A DNA stretch of 64,000 bases from Vicugna vicugna (taxonomy: Eukaryota). Each line of letters opens with the position of its first letter. Positions within the stretch are counted from its first letter, which is position 1. The position numbers and the translations under genes were made by a program. Of the stretch, positions 37,861 to 50,589 are shown piece after piece. Where the stretch lies: assembly GCA_013265495.1 (NCBI GenBank), contig MU058456.1, forward strand, positions 620,001 to 684,000, read 5' to 3'. The notes below the pieces were generated by a model. The model was not told the origin of the DNA. It searched no databases and saw only the letters and a list, made by a program, of their open reading frames with translations.

Positions 37861-39974
37861 TCAGAAAATGAAGGAACCAAGTTGCTGCAGTTGAAAGGCA
37901 TATGCTATGTTAGTAACATTCATGTATGTCATAGCTGTGTATTGTACTTTTGCTCTTATGGCTGTTAAAAAGTATCTCCTTTGGAATAAAGAAATTGATC
38001 AAGGGCAAGGAGTAGCTAATGTGGAGCCAGTAAAAGCTTTTGATTGGAGGATTGAAAATGCTCCTTTGAAGAGATTCAGCATTAGAGTGCATGGGTTGGG
38101 GTGCAGTGTGGACTCACAAGGGGTGCTTATTTATAGCACATCTATATTAAGCAGTGTAGCAGAGGTGGCATCTAAAATGCCTTTGTCTTAAATGGACAAA
38201 ATTTGCTGAATTTTTTGCCCGCTGGAAAAATGTTCTGTGTTAGCTCTCAGTCTTCTTATACTCGCCTGCTTTTCCCTCCTGTACAGATCTTGCTGTGCAC
38301 TGCCTTGTCTGTTTCACTTCCGTGTGTGTGTCCCCTGACCACGACAGCACGTAGCTCCTGGCATTGTATGCTCTTACCCAGAACTTGTTCCCTACAAAAC
38401 CTGTGTCCTCAACGTACTTGCTTTGAATCTATTTTGATCTGTATCAGCTGGAATAGGTTTTGAGCTTCTGGGTATTAACTTCTGTGTACTCCTTTCTCTA
38501 GAAGCTAATTGACTGATTTGGGGTGGAGGAGAGATGAGAGTCTATACATTTGACCAATTTCACAGAGCTTACCTTGCGAGCGATTGAAATGCAAATACAG
38601 GCTACACTTAGAGACTCTAAGAATTCACACATTCAGTTCTTTGTTTTCTTCTGAAAAATAAGCATTCAAAATTCATGCACATTCTATTATTCATGTGCTA
38701 TATATTTAGGTTCTGCTTGTATGCCTAGATAAATCTTACCACAATTATTTAAAATTTCATGAATGAAACTTTGCATCTCAAATGCCACACTAGCCTAGAC
38801 AACTTTACCCAATCAAAAAAATTTGAAATTCAACACTTAAATGGGTTCTTGTGTGTGTGTGTGTCTGTGCATTTATGTATACACCTCTGTCACTGCCTTA
38901 TCTACAGCTGTTTTTATTCAAATCTACTCTATGTTCATGGTTAAGAACTCAAAACCTCCTTGTGTTGTTTTGCCCCAGAAAAATCTTTAGTATGAGCTGC
39001 TTCTAAGGCTTCCATGAGATACGGTATTGATGTCAAAGCACTTTTTCTTTGATAGCTGTCCTGTTGGTGCTCCTGAAACGGGAAACTCTTTCCTGTGCTG
39101 TCCTTTCACCTGGATTTTCAAAGCTGTCATCCACTACTTTTCAGTTGTCAAGCACTTTAAAGGAACATTGTGTGTCAGCAGGTTACTGTGTCATTTGATC
39201 TGCTCTACTACATCCTAGCTTTCCTGGAACAGTTAATATTTTCAAGAATCCCTTTTTTTCCTAGGCTGTGGTCACTTCACTGATGACAGAGGGGAGAGTG
39301 ATTTTCCTAGCCAGATCCAGAGCCCGCCCACCCAGCTTCCTGTCTAGTGCCTCTTGGTGCTGGCACAGACTTTTTCTGATCAAGCCTTCAGTGCATGAGA
39401 GGCTGACTACCTATTCAGCATTGCATTTGGAGGAAGGAACACAGGCTTAAGTGCAATCCCTTGTTAAGCCTGTGTCCTCATAGAGGAATGCTGGTGATGG
39501 TTTGAATTAAGCTTTCTGTTATTTTCTGGGAGCCACATGAAATGGACTTTATCAGTTCCCTTTGCACTCTTGAGGGTTCTGTAACTCTCAAGTAGGGTAA
39601 GTTGTTCTGGGAAAATAACAAACGTTCAGGGGAATTTTGATACCAAATTGAGCCACGGTAGATCTCTGCCCAGGCTTAGAGCAGAAAGGAGTTACACACA
39701 TTATTGTGGTTGGACACTCTTTCTTTTATGAGTTTTCTCAGTTTTCAGCCTTTTCTCCCCAGGCCCTCAGATTTGTTTCAGTGGCTCTGCTGGCGTGGGG
39801 AGTGGTGGTGGTGGTGGTTGAACAGTGGCTGCATCATTTCCTGCCTCTGCACCAGGAGAGTGTCTTTCATTATAATAGTCCTTCCCGTCATTGTCAGATG
39901 CTTTCCTTAAGTTGTTCTAGACTGAAAACTGGTGTGAGGTCTGGCATTCATTTTTAACAACTGGTCCCAGCCGG

Positions 39975-39998
39975 GTGTGTGTGTGTGTGTGTGTGTGT
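39975..39998. repeat. (GT)12 microsatellite
   Basis: Perfect GT dinucleotide run. Confidence 0.95.
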
Positions 39999-40302
39999 TG
40001 GTTATGGGCTGTTGCTTTGTGCTTTCCACAGTTTCCTCCCTGGGTTTTCACATTTAGGGACTATGACCTTTTAAACCTTCAGGCACACACTTAATATTCT
40101 TTCCCTCTTTATTAAAACCAGCATTGCTTGGACATAGGATAAGAATATTGATTTGATTTGAGAAAGTATCTTTGGGTTTTCTGTGTCTTCACTGAAAACA
40201 GTGATTGGCGACATTCTTTTAGCACCTTCTTCTCTTCCTGCAATTAACTTACAGTCTGAGGAAATGTTTTTAACTCTTCCTAATCGGACCAGTCTCATGG
40301 GA

Positions 40303-40870
40303 ACATTCACCCACTCACTCAACAGATATTTACTGTGTGTTTTTAATTTGTGCAAATCTGGGGCTACAAGGACAAACACAATCTAATTAGTGTCATCTTC
40401 TGGGAGCTTATGACCCAGAAGTAGAGAAGTGGACTACAACTGGGCAGTTAAATGCAGCATGATGAGGGTTATTATGGTTAGCCTGTCATGGAGTCAGGGT
40501 GGGCTGGTTGGCTGGCTGAATGGATGGGTGGATGGATGGGTGGATGGATGGATGAAGAGGGTGTGTATATAGGATGCTATGGGAGCTTGTAACAGGACAT
40601 TTACCCCACGAAGAGGTTATCAGAGGTGTGACATCAAGGAAGGAGGTTGGCCATTGATTTCTGCTCTTCTTATGTTAAGTTTCAGGAAATCCAAGGGGAG
40701 ATATGTGGTGGACAAGAAGATCATGTATGAGCTTGGAGAGATAATGACAAAAGTGGCCTGGAGATAGATAAAGATCTGTGTGGCATTATCATATGGGTGC
40801 AGACTGAGGCCATCGATGAAATCACGCAGTGAGACTATGAGGCAGAAGAGAAAAGGAGGATCCACAAAAC
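40303..40870 (-). mobile_element. L2 3' region with internal (GGAT)n simple repeat (about 40505-40555)
   Basis: cattcacccactcactcaacagatatttactg..gggagctta; tggatgggtggatggatgggtggatggatggatg. Confidence 0.6.
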
Positions 40871-41014
40871 ACCCTTGGCCCGTTATGGCCACTAATCTTT
40901 AGAAACACCTTAAGAACCAAATTAATTAATAGAAAAGACAGAGATTTATTCAGTCAGCTGTATTTGTCGGGTCCCCTCTGTGCTGGGACTTCAAGGGTGC
41001 TCTTACAAGAGCTA

Positions 41015-41300
41015 TGCTAATTGTCGTAAGTATCAGCTTCTGAGTGCCAGGTACCATTCTAAGTGCTTTGCATGTGTCAGTTCATTTCACTTGAGCACCT
41101 GGGCCTCAGTTTCCTCTTCTGTAAGACAGAGTTAATAATGCCTTGACAGGTCATTTCGAGGATCACAACCCCTTGAGAAAGGTATTGTTATCATCAATTC
41201 TCAGAGGTGAAGCTGGGGAGTTAACTAACCTTGCTGAGTCTTAGAGTTAGTAAGTGGCAGAGCCTGACTTCAAATCTAAGATGCCTATGTTCAGTCTAAG
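41015..41300 (-). mobile_element. MIR (minus) containing an inverted MIR core fragment (about 41088-41163, plus)
   Basis: gtgccaggtaccattctaagtgctttgcatg..[gggcctcagtttcctcttctgtaag]..tcacaacccc..gttagtaagtggcagagcc. Confidence 0.7.
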
Positions 41301-42054
41301 TGGTTGGATTACACTTTTATGGTTTTAGGATTTTTTTGCTTCTCTGAGGTGGGCAGGGCAGCCTAACTGATAATTATCATCTATTGTGACAAGTTCAGTA
41401 GAAGTTGTATCCAGGATGACAGGGAAGCCCAGAGATGGATGTGGTAAGGCGTCCATGTTAAGGTGTTTAGCTGGATAGAAACAGTAATGAGTTCCATTTA
41501 TCCGTGCTTCTCCAGTGACGATGAGGGACTAACGCTATGTTGTAATTTTGCAACTTAGGCTTAGATAGCAGTTCTGGGCATTTTATTCATGGGGAGCTGG
41601 GTGAAATATGTGCACTGTGCTAAGAGGCAGTCTGTCCTGGTCTATGGATATATTGCTGGTTTGTTGGCAGAGATGAATGAATTGAGTCCTAAAGGAAATA
41701 GAGCCAATCTATAATTATAAATTATATAATTGTATCAGAAAGGTATATTCCATTTTAAAATCCCTGGAACATTCTTTTGAAGCCTGGAAAGATTTCATAA
41801 ACTAATTGTATGGAGAGCTTGTTGGTAAACAGAGAGAAATGAATAAGGCAAAAAGATGGAAGATTAAAATTTTTAGTTGCTATGTAAGGTAATTTTAGTT
41901 CTTGGAAGATAGGGTGAAAGACATCCAATGAGCTCATGGAGATAAATGGTGTCCAGGGGCAGTTACTCATTTTATTATGGAAAATAATTTTCAGTTAGAG
42001 CCTATAAATTTGCGTGACTTAACCAAATTGAGATCTTACTAAGTTAGAAGACAC

Positions 42055-42595
42055 GGTTCCCTGATGCTGAATACCTCCCTGACATCCGTTCCTCCCTTGC
42101 TCCTTCTTAGCTGCCCCTGACTGGTGTTGGGTTTTGGAAAAGCTGACTCGGGTCTGTATCTGGGGGAGCACGTGATGTAGGTTGGACTGATCAGCATATT
42201 CTGTCATGTGGACCATAATGATTACAGGGATAGCATGTGACCTAAACTGAGTTCAGCAGCGTGAACTTCTGTCCCTTTATTGGGAATGCTGGAGCAAAGA
42301 TGCTGTTTCTTCCTGGGCCTTAATTAGGAAATACATAGTCGCAGGAGTAGCTTAAAGCTATTTTGGGTGTATGAAGTTGCTTCAGGAAGTTGGCTGCTCC
42401 AGGAAAAGTAGGGTCAAAGCATGCAAAGAAATCAGGTCCTTAGCAGTTTGATTCAGGCTGCTTAATCAAACATTGTCTGAAGCAAAAGCTCTCACTGGAC
42501 TTCCCTGTCACACCAGTGGATATGTCTTTTATATTGTTTAAGCTGCTTTGAATTGGGCAGTTTGTTACTTGGAATAAAAAGCATCCTCATTATTT
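42055..42595 (+). mobile_element. MaLR solo LTR (MLT1K/J-type)
   Basis: agggatagcatgtgacctaa..ttgggaatgctgg..ctggacttccctgt..ttgtttaagctgctttgaattggg..gttacttggaataaaaagcatcct. Confidence 0.7.
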
Positions 42596-44588
42596 TGTGG
42601 ATTTATTTAGTTACCATTTGCTTAAGATAGCAATTTTTCCTTTTCAGTATTGAGAATTTTTTATTTTGATGCCAAAGTAAATTTAGTGTGTTTCTCCCCT
42701 AAAACATCTTGCTTTTTCCCCTTTTTCAAGCATGTCTTATTTTCGTTATTTTACAGTGTAAATGTGGTTGAATATATAATTTGTTTACAAAGAGATTAGA
42801 AGAAGCACAAAAAAGATGATACTTAAGAAATGAAAATTTATTTCAGTGACATTTGCAATAAAAATGAACATTTTCTTCTTTGAAGGATTAGTATGTTTGT
42901 GTTCTTACTCTGATAACCCCTCAGAAGCAGGCAGGTGTTTGTTTAACAAGTAAAGAATGATTAGGCATGACTTCACCAATGATCAGTTAGCCTCAGTTAT
43001 TGTAATTTTTATCCTAAGTGATTTGACAGTGATAAATAGCTGATGTGGCGAGTCAACCTAAAGCTTTGTATCTTTATTGCCTTTTATCATTTCTGCTCTA
43101 AATAATTGTTCACATCTGTCAGCTATTAGATGCAGTTATGGGAGGATTAGGTTATGTGGAACAGGAAATCCTGTGGCTAGTGACTTTTTGTTTTCCTCCA
43201 TTTATTTTCCATCTTTTCTTCTTCCCAGTTTTCCTCTCCTCTGTGCATCAACTTTATGAAATTTTCCCAGATTTGTGGTCTGTGGTGCTCACAATGGAAG
43301 ATCCAGTTCCACAGATGCTCTTGCCAAGCCACACATTATGTCTGTAGCTGCAGCATTTATGCACATGGTGCGGCAGCGGGGATGGCTGGTGTGCTGGTAG
43401 CAGAAAGATGCATGGGACACGGAGAGTCGAGGCAGCTGAAGTCCACACCGCCCACCCCAGCCAGCTTCATGTTTCTTTTGCATCATCAGTTGATGTAGTG
43501 AGGTTCTGGTGCAGGTCGTAGCCTCTGCAAAATCAGAACCTGCTTTGACTAAGTAAAAGTAATGAGAGTGATAGGGAGTGTCCTTGTTCTGGGTTCCCTT
43601 TTGGTTCTCTTGGGCATCTGACTTGTGATGTAGCCGAACTGGGCTTCTGTGGCTGAGAGGTTGACCATAAAGTGCAGTTGATGGAGACTGTAAGGATTCT
43701 GTCTGACTGCCCAGTTGGCTCCATTCTGCTTGATACCCCAGCGGGAGGCTGAGGAAGCAGCAGAAACAGAATCTCTTATCAGATCTTCACCAGGGAAACA
43801 CCTCTGCCCTTTACCAGGAGCAGCCTGCCTCTCCCAGCCCCTGCCCCACCTCCCTTTTTCTCTTCCCCTGTCTTTTTTCATTTAAGCCACCTCTCCCTTT
43901 CCCCGTTTTTTTTTTTTTTCCAGTTTTTTTTGACTTTTTTTTTTAACCCAGAGCACCAACTTTCCTTTCTAAACCCCCAAGCCCAGAGTACATGTCTCAT
44001 CACCTACCTCCGCTCTTGTCTGATGTCATCATAACTGCCCCGTTCTCCTTGTCTCTCTCCATTCCAGGTGTCTGTAAACCTCTGGAGATGAAAATTGTCT
44101 TGTCCCTCGTTAGATCCCACATACATAGGCAGACATGGTAAATCATTTGTAAAGTTGATTCCCTCCAGGGGCTAGGTTACATGATTTTAATTCTTTGTGT
44201 TTTTGAGTCATTCTGTTATGAATCTGTGTTACCTATTACTTGTACAATCAGAACAGAAAGTGTAAAAAAGAACTATAATTTTATAAAAGCTATGTGTGAA
44301 ATAAAGGAGACTCTTTCAAAGTCAGTTCAGATGCTCATGGGGTCCTGGACAAAAAGCCTGTTACCTCACAGGGACAGGCGTACTGAGGGTGGTTGCATCA
44401 GCCCGAATAAAAATGATAAATTCTAGAGTCTTGTCCTTGCACATCCTCTGACTCCCTACAGAATTCCAGGGAAAGAATTTGCCTGTCACTGCCTCTAACT
44501 CTTCCAGGGTCCAGGTTTAGAGCTTTCCTGTTTAAAAACAAACTTTTTTCTTCAAAAGCTAATGCCTTGGGGTGCTTAGAATTAGAGG

Positions 44589-44720
44589 ATCATAGAATTT
44601 TAAGTCCAAAAGAGAAATGTTAGATTTAATCTAGCTTAATCTCCTCATCTTCTGGCAAAGAATTCTGAGCTTCAGAAAAATAAAGTGAGTGCATCAAAGT
44701 TACCAAAATCATGAATATCG
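44589..44720 (-). mobile_element. MIR3/MIRc-type fragment
   Basis: atcatagaatttta..atctagcttaatctcctcat..ctgagcttcaga..aagtga. Confidence 0.5.
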
Positions 44721-44811
44721 GAATCAAAGTGTTTCCATGTGTCATCTGTTCACTCTGCCATCCTGTGCAGAGCAGATGCTTAAGTTCTTTAGTGCAGCCA
44801 CGTTGAACTCT

Positions 44812-44966
44812 TACTTATTTTATTTTATTTTATATCTTTTATTGACATATAGCCAGTTTACAATGTGTCAATTTCTGGTGTACAGCATACATATACACAC
44901 ATATATTCATTTTCATATTCTTTTTTGTATAAGGCACTACAAGGTATTGAATAGAGTTCCCTGTGT
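44812..44966 (-). mobile_element. Truncated cetartiodactyl/camelid L1 3' end
   Basis: T-rich tail, then ttattgacatatagccagtttacaatgtgtcaatttctggtgtacagcata..attgaatagagttccctgtg. Confidence 0.8.
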
Positions 44967-45179
44967 ATGTTGGACTTCTAAATCATAACCTGTTAAATAA
45001 GAAACTAGTTTTTGCCTGAGAAAAATGATCCCATTTCAGAAAGTTTATTAATATCCTGCAATGAGGCTTCTGATTGGACTTAATAGCAAAAGCCTGTCCC
45101 AAGTTGTTGCCACTCTCATTTTCTAGACTTGGGCTATGTATATATTTCTTAACTGTTTAATTTTATATTTTAGGAGAGG

Positions 45180-45390
45180 GAAGGCAAGCTAAAATGCCCT
45201 CAGGGGCTCGACACAGAAGATATACATGCAAAGGCCACTTGGGGAACAGCAGGGAATAGCGGGGCCTGTGGTCAAACTGTAGACCACGGGCCCTGCATTA
45301 AGGCTTTCAGACTCGATTTGACTAAAAACCCCAAACAGAGGATGTCTGTGGGCCAGAACTAACACTAGAACCTTGTGTTTGTAATTTCTA
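45180..45390. mobile_element. MER102-like hAT MITE, internally deleted
   Basis: aaatgccctcaggggc..ctgtggtcaaactg..tgtctgtgggccaga..gtttgtaatttct. Confidence 0.45.
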
Positions 45391-46499
45391 TCAAAATTTA
45401 GTCCCTCCAAAAATTTTACAAAGAACCCAATTTAAGTGTTTTTTTTTTTTTTTTTAAATACGTTACAAAATTGCATCCAAGTGGGAAAAATCTTCTTTTG
45501 GAATGGGGAGAGGGTTTCTCTTGCCAGTAGAGGCTGCTTAGGCAGTAATTTTACTCAGCGCATGCCGAACTTTTCCCCATAGATGGTAAGCTCAGTCTTT
45601 TTTAATTTAGAATGATTTCAGAGCATTCTACAAACAAATGAGGTTTTAGCACAATATTCCGTCCTGGCCCTGCTCTTCTGCGCGTGAGAACCATAACCTT
45701 ATCTATCTGCCTATTTATTTATCTCACTATCTGTTTATACGCATCTATGTGAAGAGTTGGCAGAAAAGCAAAGGGAAGACTCCAGTAAAGCATGGCTTTA
45801 ACTAGGGTTTAATAGGGGAGTGGGCTGGCGCTGCAGTTTAATTGATGTGGCTGCCAGGCAATTTGAACCAACTCGTTAGTTACAAATTTTTGTTACGCAA
45901 AATTTAACACCCGCGGCAAGAGCCATAAGGATGCTGAGTAGCCTCAGATGCATTCTTTTTGTGCTGGCTGTTGCTCTGAAAGGACAGTTTAATCTGTGTG
46001 AGATACTGTTCCAGCTTGCTGTCTCTTTCATTCCCTGGGAAATGACTCTTTAGAGTCACCATGTTCTTAATGTTTTAAAAACCTGTGCTACGTATCTAAA
46101 ACCTTTTTTGTTTTTATGAATGCCACATATCACGGGATTATTACAGTGTGTGCACTCTCTCTCTGTTGACTGTGTCTCTTTGTATTAGCATTATCTTGGG
46201 GCAGATTTCCTTCTGAAGGTGAGCATTAATGAATTGTGGAATAATTCTTTGGAAGAACAGTGTCTATCTGTGCCCTTCCTTTTGAGTGTTTTCAAACTTG
46301 CTTGTGGTGCCCTGTTTCATGGCATTATTTATTTTAGGGCTGGAGCGGGTCTGGAGAACCACCCAGTCTGATCTCCTTGGTGGGTAGCCTAGTGAGGAGA
46401 TCTGACACTAGCTAAACTTCTATTATTTCTAACCAACAATAATTTCCATTAGGAGTTCTAGCAATAGCCCCAATGTTGGTGAAATATTTTGAAAATACA

Positions 46500-46720
46500 T
46501 AATAATAAGCTTCTATAGTATAGCGGATGCCTACTGAGTATTTGATTCTGTGCTGGGCTTTTGATATGTATTAGCTGTAATCCTCCAAACAACCTGTAGA
46601 GCCATTATTAACCGTGTCTTATGGAAGAGGAAACTGAGGCTCAGATGCTCAGCAAATTGTGGGGACGTCCTAGGGCTTGTTTTTGCAGATACAGACCTGA
46701 GTTTCTTTGGCGTCACTTTT
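46500..46720 (-). mobile_element. MIR SINE
   Basis: taatcctccaaacaacctgtagag..gaagaggaaactgaggctcaga. Confidence 0.7.
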
Positions 46721-47906
46721 TGTATTTATTCCCTATACTGTGGTCTGGTCCTTTTTAACTTCAAAGTGATTTAGGGAGAGAGGTTGGGCTGAAAGACATT
46801 TTGCATAGCCAAACCCATTCATTTGTGTTACTTTTTACCCCAAAATTAGAAACACAGGAAAATCTTTTACATGGAAAATACCATTGCGAATTTGCAAATT
46901 CATGAAGCTCAGATATGTGCAATGATTTCATAAAAGGTGCAGAAATTCAGGTTAGTATTCTTCAAAGGACACCCTGACAAAGTGAAAACTACTTTCCCCC
47001 CCTAAATAGACTTCCCATCACATTCCTTTTGGTGAGTAAGGAAAGCAGTGTGTGGAAACTATGATGAGATGAAGAGGGAGATTACCGTTATCGTCCCATC
47101 TGCAATTGGAAAACGAACTTGGATGACATGCTCTTGTTAAGAATGTCATTGTGGGAGCACCCCCTGGTTGAAGCCCAAAGCTAGTCTGAGAGAGGATGGT
47201 TAATAAATCTCAAGTTTCTTTTATGATCTTTCCCCCCCACTCTTTCCTGGTTTTGAAATTCCTTGGTTCGTGGCCTCATGCCACGACTGGTGGAGACTCA
47301 TGGCTGATTAAAGTGGGCTGTATGAATGGGAGGAGAATAGAGGCTTGTTTGTGAAGGCTGCATAACCAGTGTGATAATTTAGTTAACACGCTAAAAGATC
47401 TACCTAGGATCCACTTAATTATCCTAGTCATATGTGTTTGATAGGTCCAAGTGTGTCTGTGTATGTTTAAATTCTCTACTGAAAGACCATTTCCCCTTAT
47501 CTTTTTCTGTTTATTCTCAGAGCTGTTTGTGATGCTGTGGGAAAGCTGGCAGTATTTTTTAAAATAAACATAGAACTAAAGAAATATTTTATGAGTAAGC
47601 AAGAGAACATGCCTGTTTTTTCTCAGTTTGTTCTTTCTAGTTAGTATTAAAAAAGAAAAATTCTATCACAAAAGATGGAATTCTCCCAGAAGGAATATTA
47701 TTCAATAACGTTTAAATGTTTCTCCTGGGTTTGCACAGTGGTTACTGAGTCTCATCAGAGAGTAAGAGGAGAAGGTAGACTTCCAAGTAGTGATTTGGAA
47801 AATATTATGGAATGTTTGGATATAAAGTTTTCCAGCTCACTGCTTCATGGGTTTTCTGCTTGTGGGAATGGTTTTTTTTTTTTTTTTTTTAATGAAGGGA
47901 AGGAAA

Positions 47907-48303
47907 NNNNNNNNNNNNNNNNNNNNNNNNNNNNNNNNNNNNNNNNNNNNNNNNNNNNNNNNNNNNNNNNNNNNNNNNNNNNNNNNNNNNNNNNNNNNNN
48001 NNNNNNNNNNNNNNNNNNNNNNNNNNNNNNNNNNNNNNNNNNNNNNNNNNNNNNNNNNNNNNNNNNNNNNNNNNNNNNNNNNNNNNNNNNNNNNNNNNNN
48101 NNNNNNNNNNNNNNNNNNNNNNNNNNNNNNNNNNNNNNNNNNNNNNNNNNNNNNNNNNNNNNNNNNNNNNNNNNNNNNNNNNNNNNNNNNNNNNNNNNNN
48201 NNNNNNNNNNNNNNNNNNNNNNNNNNNNNNNNNNNNNNNNNNNNNNNNNNNNNNNNNNNNNNNNNNNNNNNNNNNNNNNNNNNNNNNNNNNNNNNNNNNN
48301 NNN
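47907..48303. other. Assembly gap (397 N)
   Basis: Run of N. Confidence 1.
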
Positions 48304-48768
48304 TTTTTTTTTTTTTTTTGAATGAATGGAAGGAAAAGGCCTAATTCCTGTAAGAATTTTTGTGCAGAAGAAAATCAGAATTATTTTCTAAATATATAAC
48401 TTATGTTCTGAGCAGATGGAACAAACCTTTAGGGATCTTGCACTGAACACAGAGTGAATTAACGTGGCAAAGACATTTAATTATATATTTAATAAAATAT
48501 AGAGTCAACAGAAATTAAACATTTATAAAAAGCCATAGTTTAAAAAGTTAGTGAAGTTGCATAAAGAGGTTTGCCACAAATTTTGCAAGCTTGGATTTTC
48601 CAAGAAGGCAGAGGTGATGTATTTTTTTCAAGTTAACTTTTGTGTCCACACTGCCCAGCCCATAGTCAGTGCTTATTGAATGAGTACATAGAAGAACAGG
48701 AGTTAGACATCAGACATGCTCTGTCTAGACTATTCCATATTGGTGGTGACTTTTAATTGTGATTAGTG

Positions 48769-49328
48769 TGTACATTGGTTAGGAATGGCTGCATAACAAA
48801 TGATCTCAAAACGTAGCTGTTTGAAACAGCAAACATTTATTCTGTCAGTTTTTGTGAGTCAGGAATCCAGGCACAGCTTGGCGTGGTGATCAGGCTCTTG
48901 AAATCTGAGAAGGCTAAAATGAAGGCATTAAGGTATTGGCTGGAGCTGCTGTCATCTAAGGCTGAACTGAGGAAAGAGCTTCTTTAAAGGTCACTCAGGT
49001 GGTTGTTGGTGAGCTGCAGCCCCTTGCAGATCATTGGACCGAGGGCCTCAGTTCCTCACTGAGTGTTGTCCAGAGACCATCTTCTGTTCCTTCTTATGGT
49101 GGCCTCCCTGTAGGGCGGCTCACAACGTTGTGACTCACCTTCATCAGAGCGAGCAAGTGAGAGCAAGACAGAAGTCACAGTCTTCTGTGACCTAGTCTTG
49201 GAAGTGATACCTCATCACTTGGGTCATATGCTAGTCTCTTGAAGTGAATAACTGAGCCCCACAGTGAAGGGAAGAAGATTACTAAAGGGATGAATACCAG
49301 GAACCAAGGATCCTGGGGGCCTACCAGA
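48769..49328 (-). mobile_element. MaLR solo LTR (MLT1E/F-type)
   Basis: gctgcataacaaat..aaacagcaaacatttatt..gtcaggaatccaggcacagctt..gagggcctcagttcctcactg..cagaagtcacagtctt..tgaataccagga..gcctacca. Confidence 0.85.
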
Positions 49329-50589
49329 GCCAGGAGAAGGAGGGGGTGGAGTCCTGGGTGCACCTCCACAGGCAGCAGCAGTCACCCCTCCTAACAACGT
49401 GGGCACCTTTTACATACCTTGTTGTGGGCTCGGGTCACAGTGACTACAAGTGTGCTTGTGGGAATTTTCCCTTACGAGATTGACTTCCTTAATGACAGAG
49501 ACCTTGGCCTGTTTATTTTTGTGATTACAGAACATATGCTGTTTGGCACATAAGTATTTCAAAAATAAGGGAACTCACAAATTATAAAAGTTGGGTTGAG
49601 AGCTAGACAAGGTGGTATTTCTTCTCTTAACCTTTTGGGGAATCTTTTGGAGTTCTCCTGAAAGCAGGGCTGGAGATGCAGATTTAAAGGCAAAGAGTTT
49701 GAGAGGTGGTCTCAGGGAGCAGGAATGAGGACGGAGGTGTGATGTTGAAGGAAAGCCGATATAAGATCACTGCCACAGGCACTGGGCTGTCACTGCAGTG
49801 ACACAAGTGGAAAGAGCCCCTCTCGGAATCATCCATTTGAAGGACTCCTCCCAGAATCTGGAGTGTATCCACCACCTGCTCCTGTCCCCATGGGTGGAAG
49901 GTTGTCCCAGAGGAATTACGTCCTTCTCACTCTGGGCCTGGCCAGCCCCCGTGGTCCTGGATAGTGCCTGGGGCAGAAGTAGAAAGATGCCCCGTGTGTG
50001 TTGGAGGTGGGGCAGCAGTAGCAGCAGGTCTGAGCTTGCTCCGGGGCCTCTCTGCAGCTGAGGCTTATGTTGCTGGGGGTCCAGGGTGGGCCGTGGGGAA
50101 GGAGACAACCCCTGGTGTCTGCTACACTGGCAGAGGGGGCTGCAGCCTGATCTCAGGGGGAGCCTTGCACCCTCATGGACAGAGTGCAAAGGTGAAGGAG
50201 ATCAAGGACCTGTTTGATCCCGACCTGGGCTGTAAATGGATGAATGCTCTTGTACAATGGTTTGTGGAAGATTCATGCATTTTACTTTACTATTTCCACT
50301 TGAACGTGCCAGTCAATGTCACTGCTGTCTGGAGGAAAAGATTAGAAGTTCTGTGCGTTGTCTTTATCAGGAAGACACATTCTGACTGATTGCCTTCCTG
50401 ATTTTCAGTCTGATTTACTTCTTATCAAGTTTTGAATCAAGTCCTGTATGTTTGCACAACGACAACTCTATGCCCATATTACTGTAGGAAAATCTTGTGA
50501 TTGTGCTTTTTGTGAAATTGGAATGTCCTTGTTTTAAGCATTGACCTAGGCACGAGTAGTGGTTACATGGTTACATGGCCAGCGGTTAA

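Noticed and set aside
46888..46901. Perfect palindrome GAATTTGCAAATTC
   Set aside because: Several 14-bp palindromes are expected by chance in 64 kb
47675..48344. 216-aa and 165-aa ORFs
   Set aside because: Artefacts of reading through the N gap
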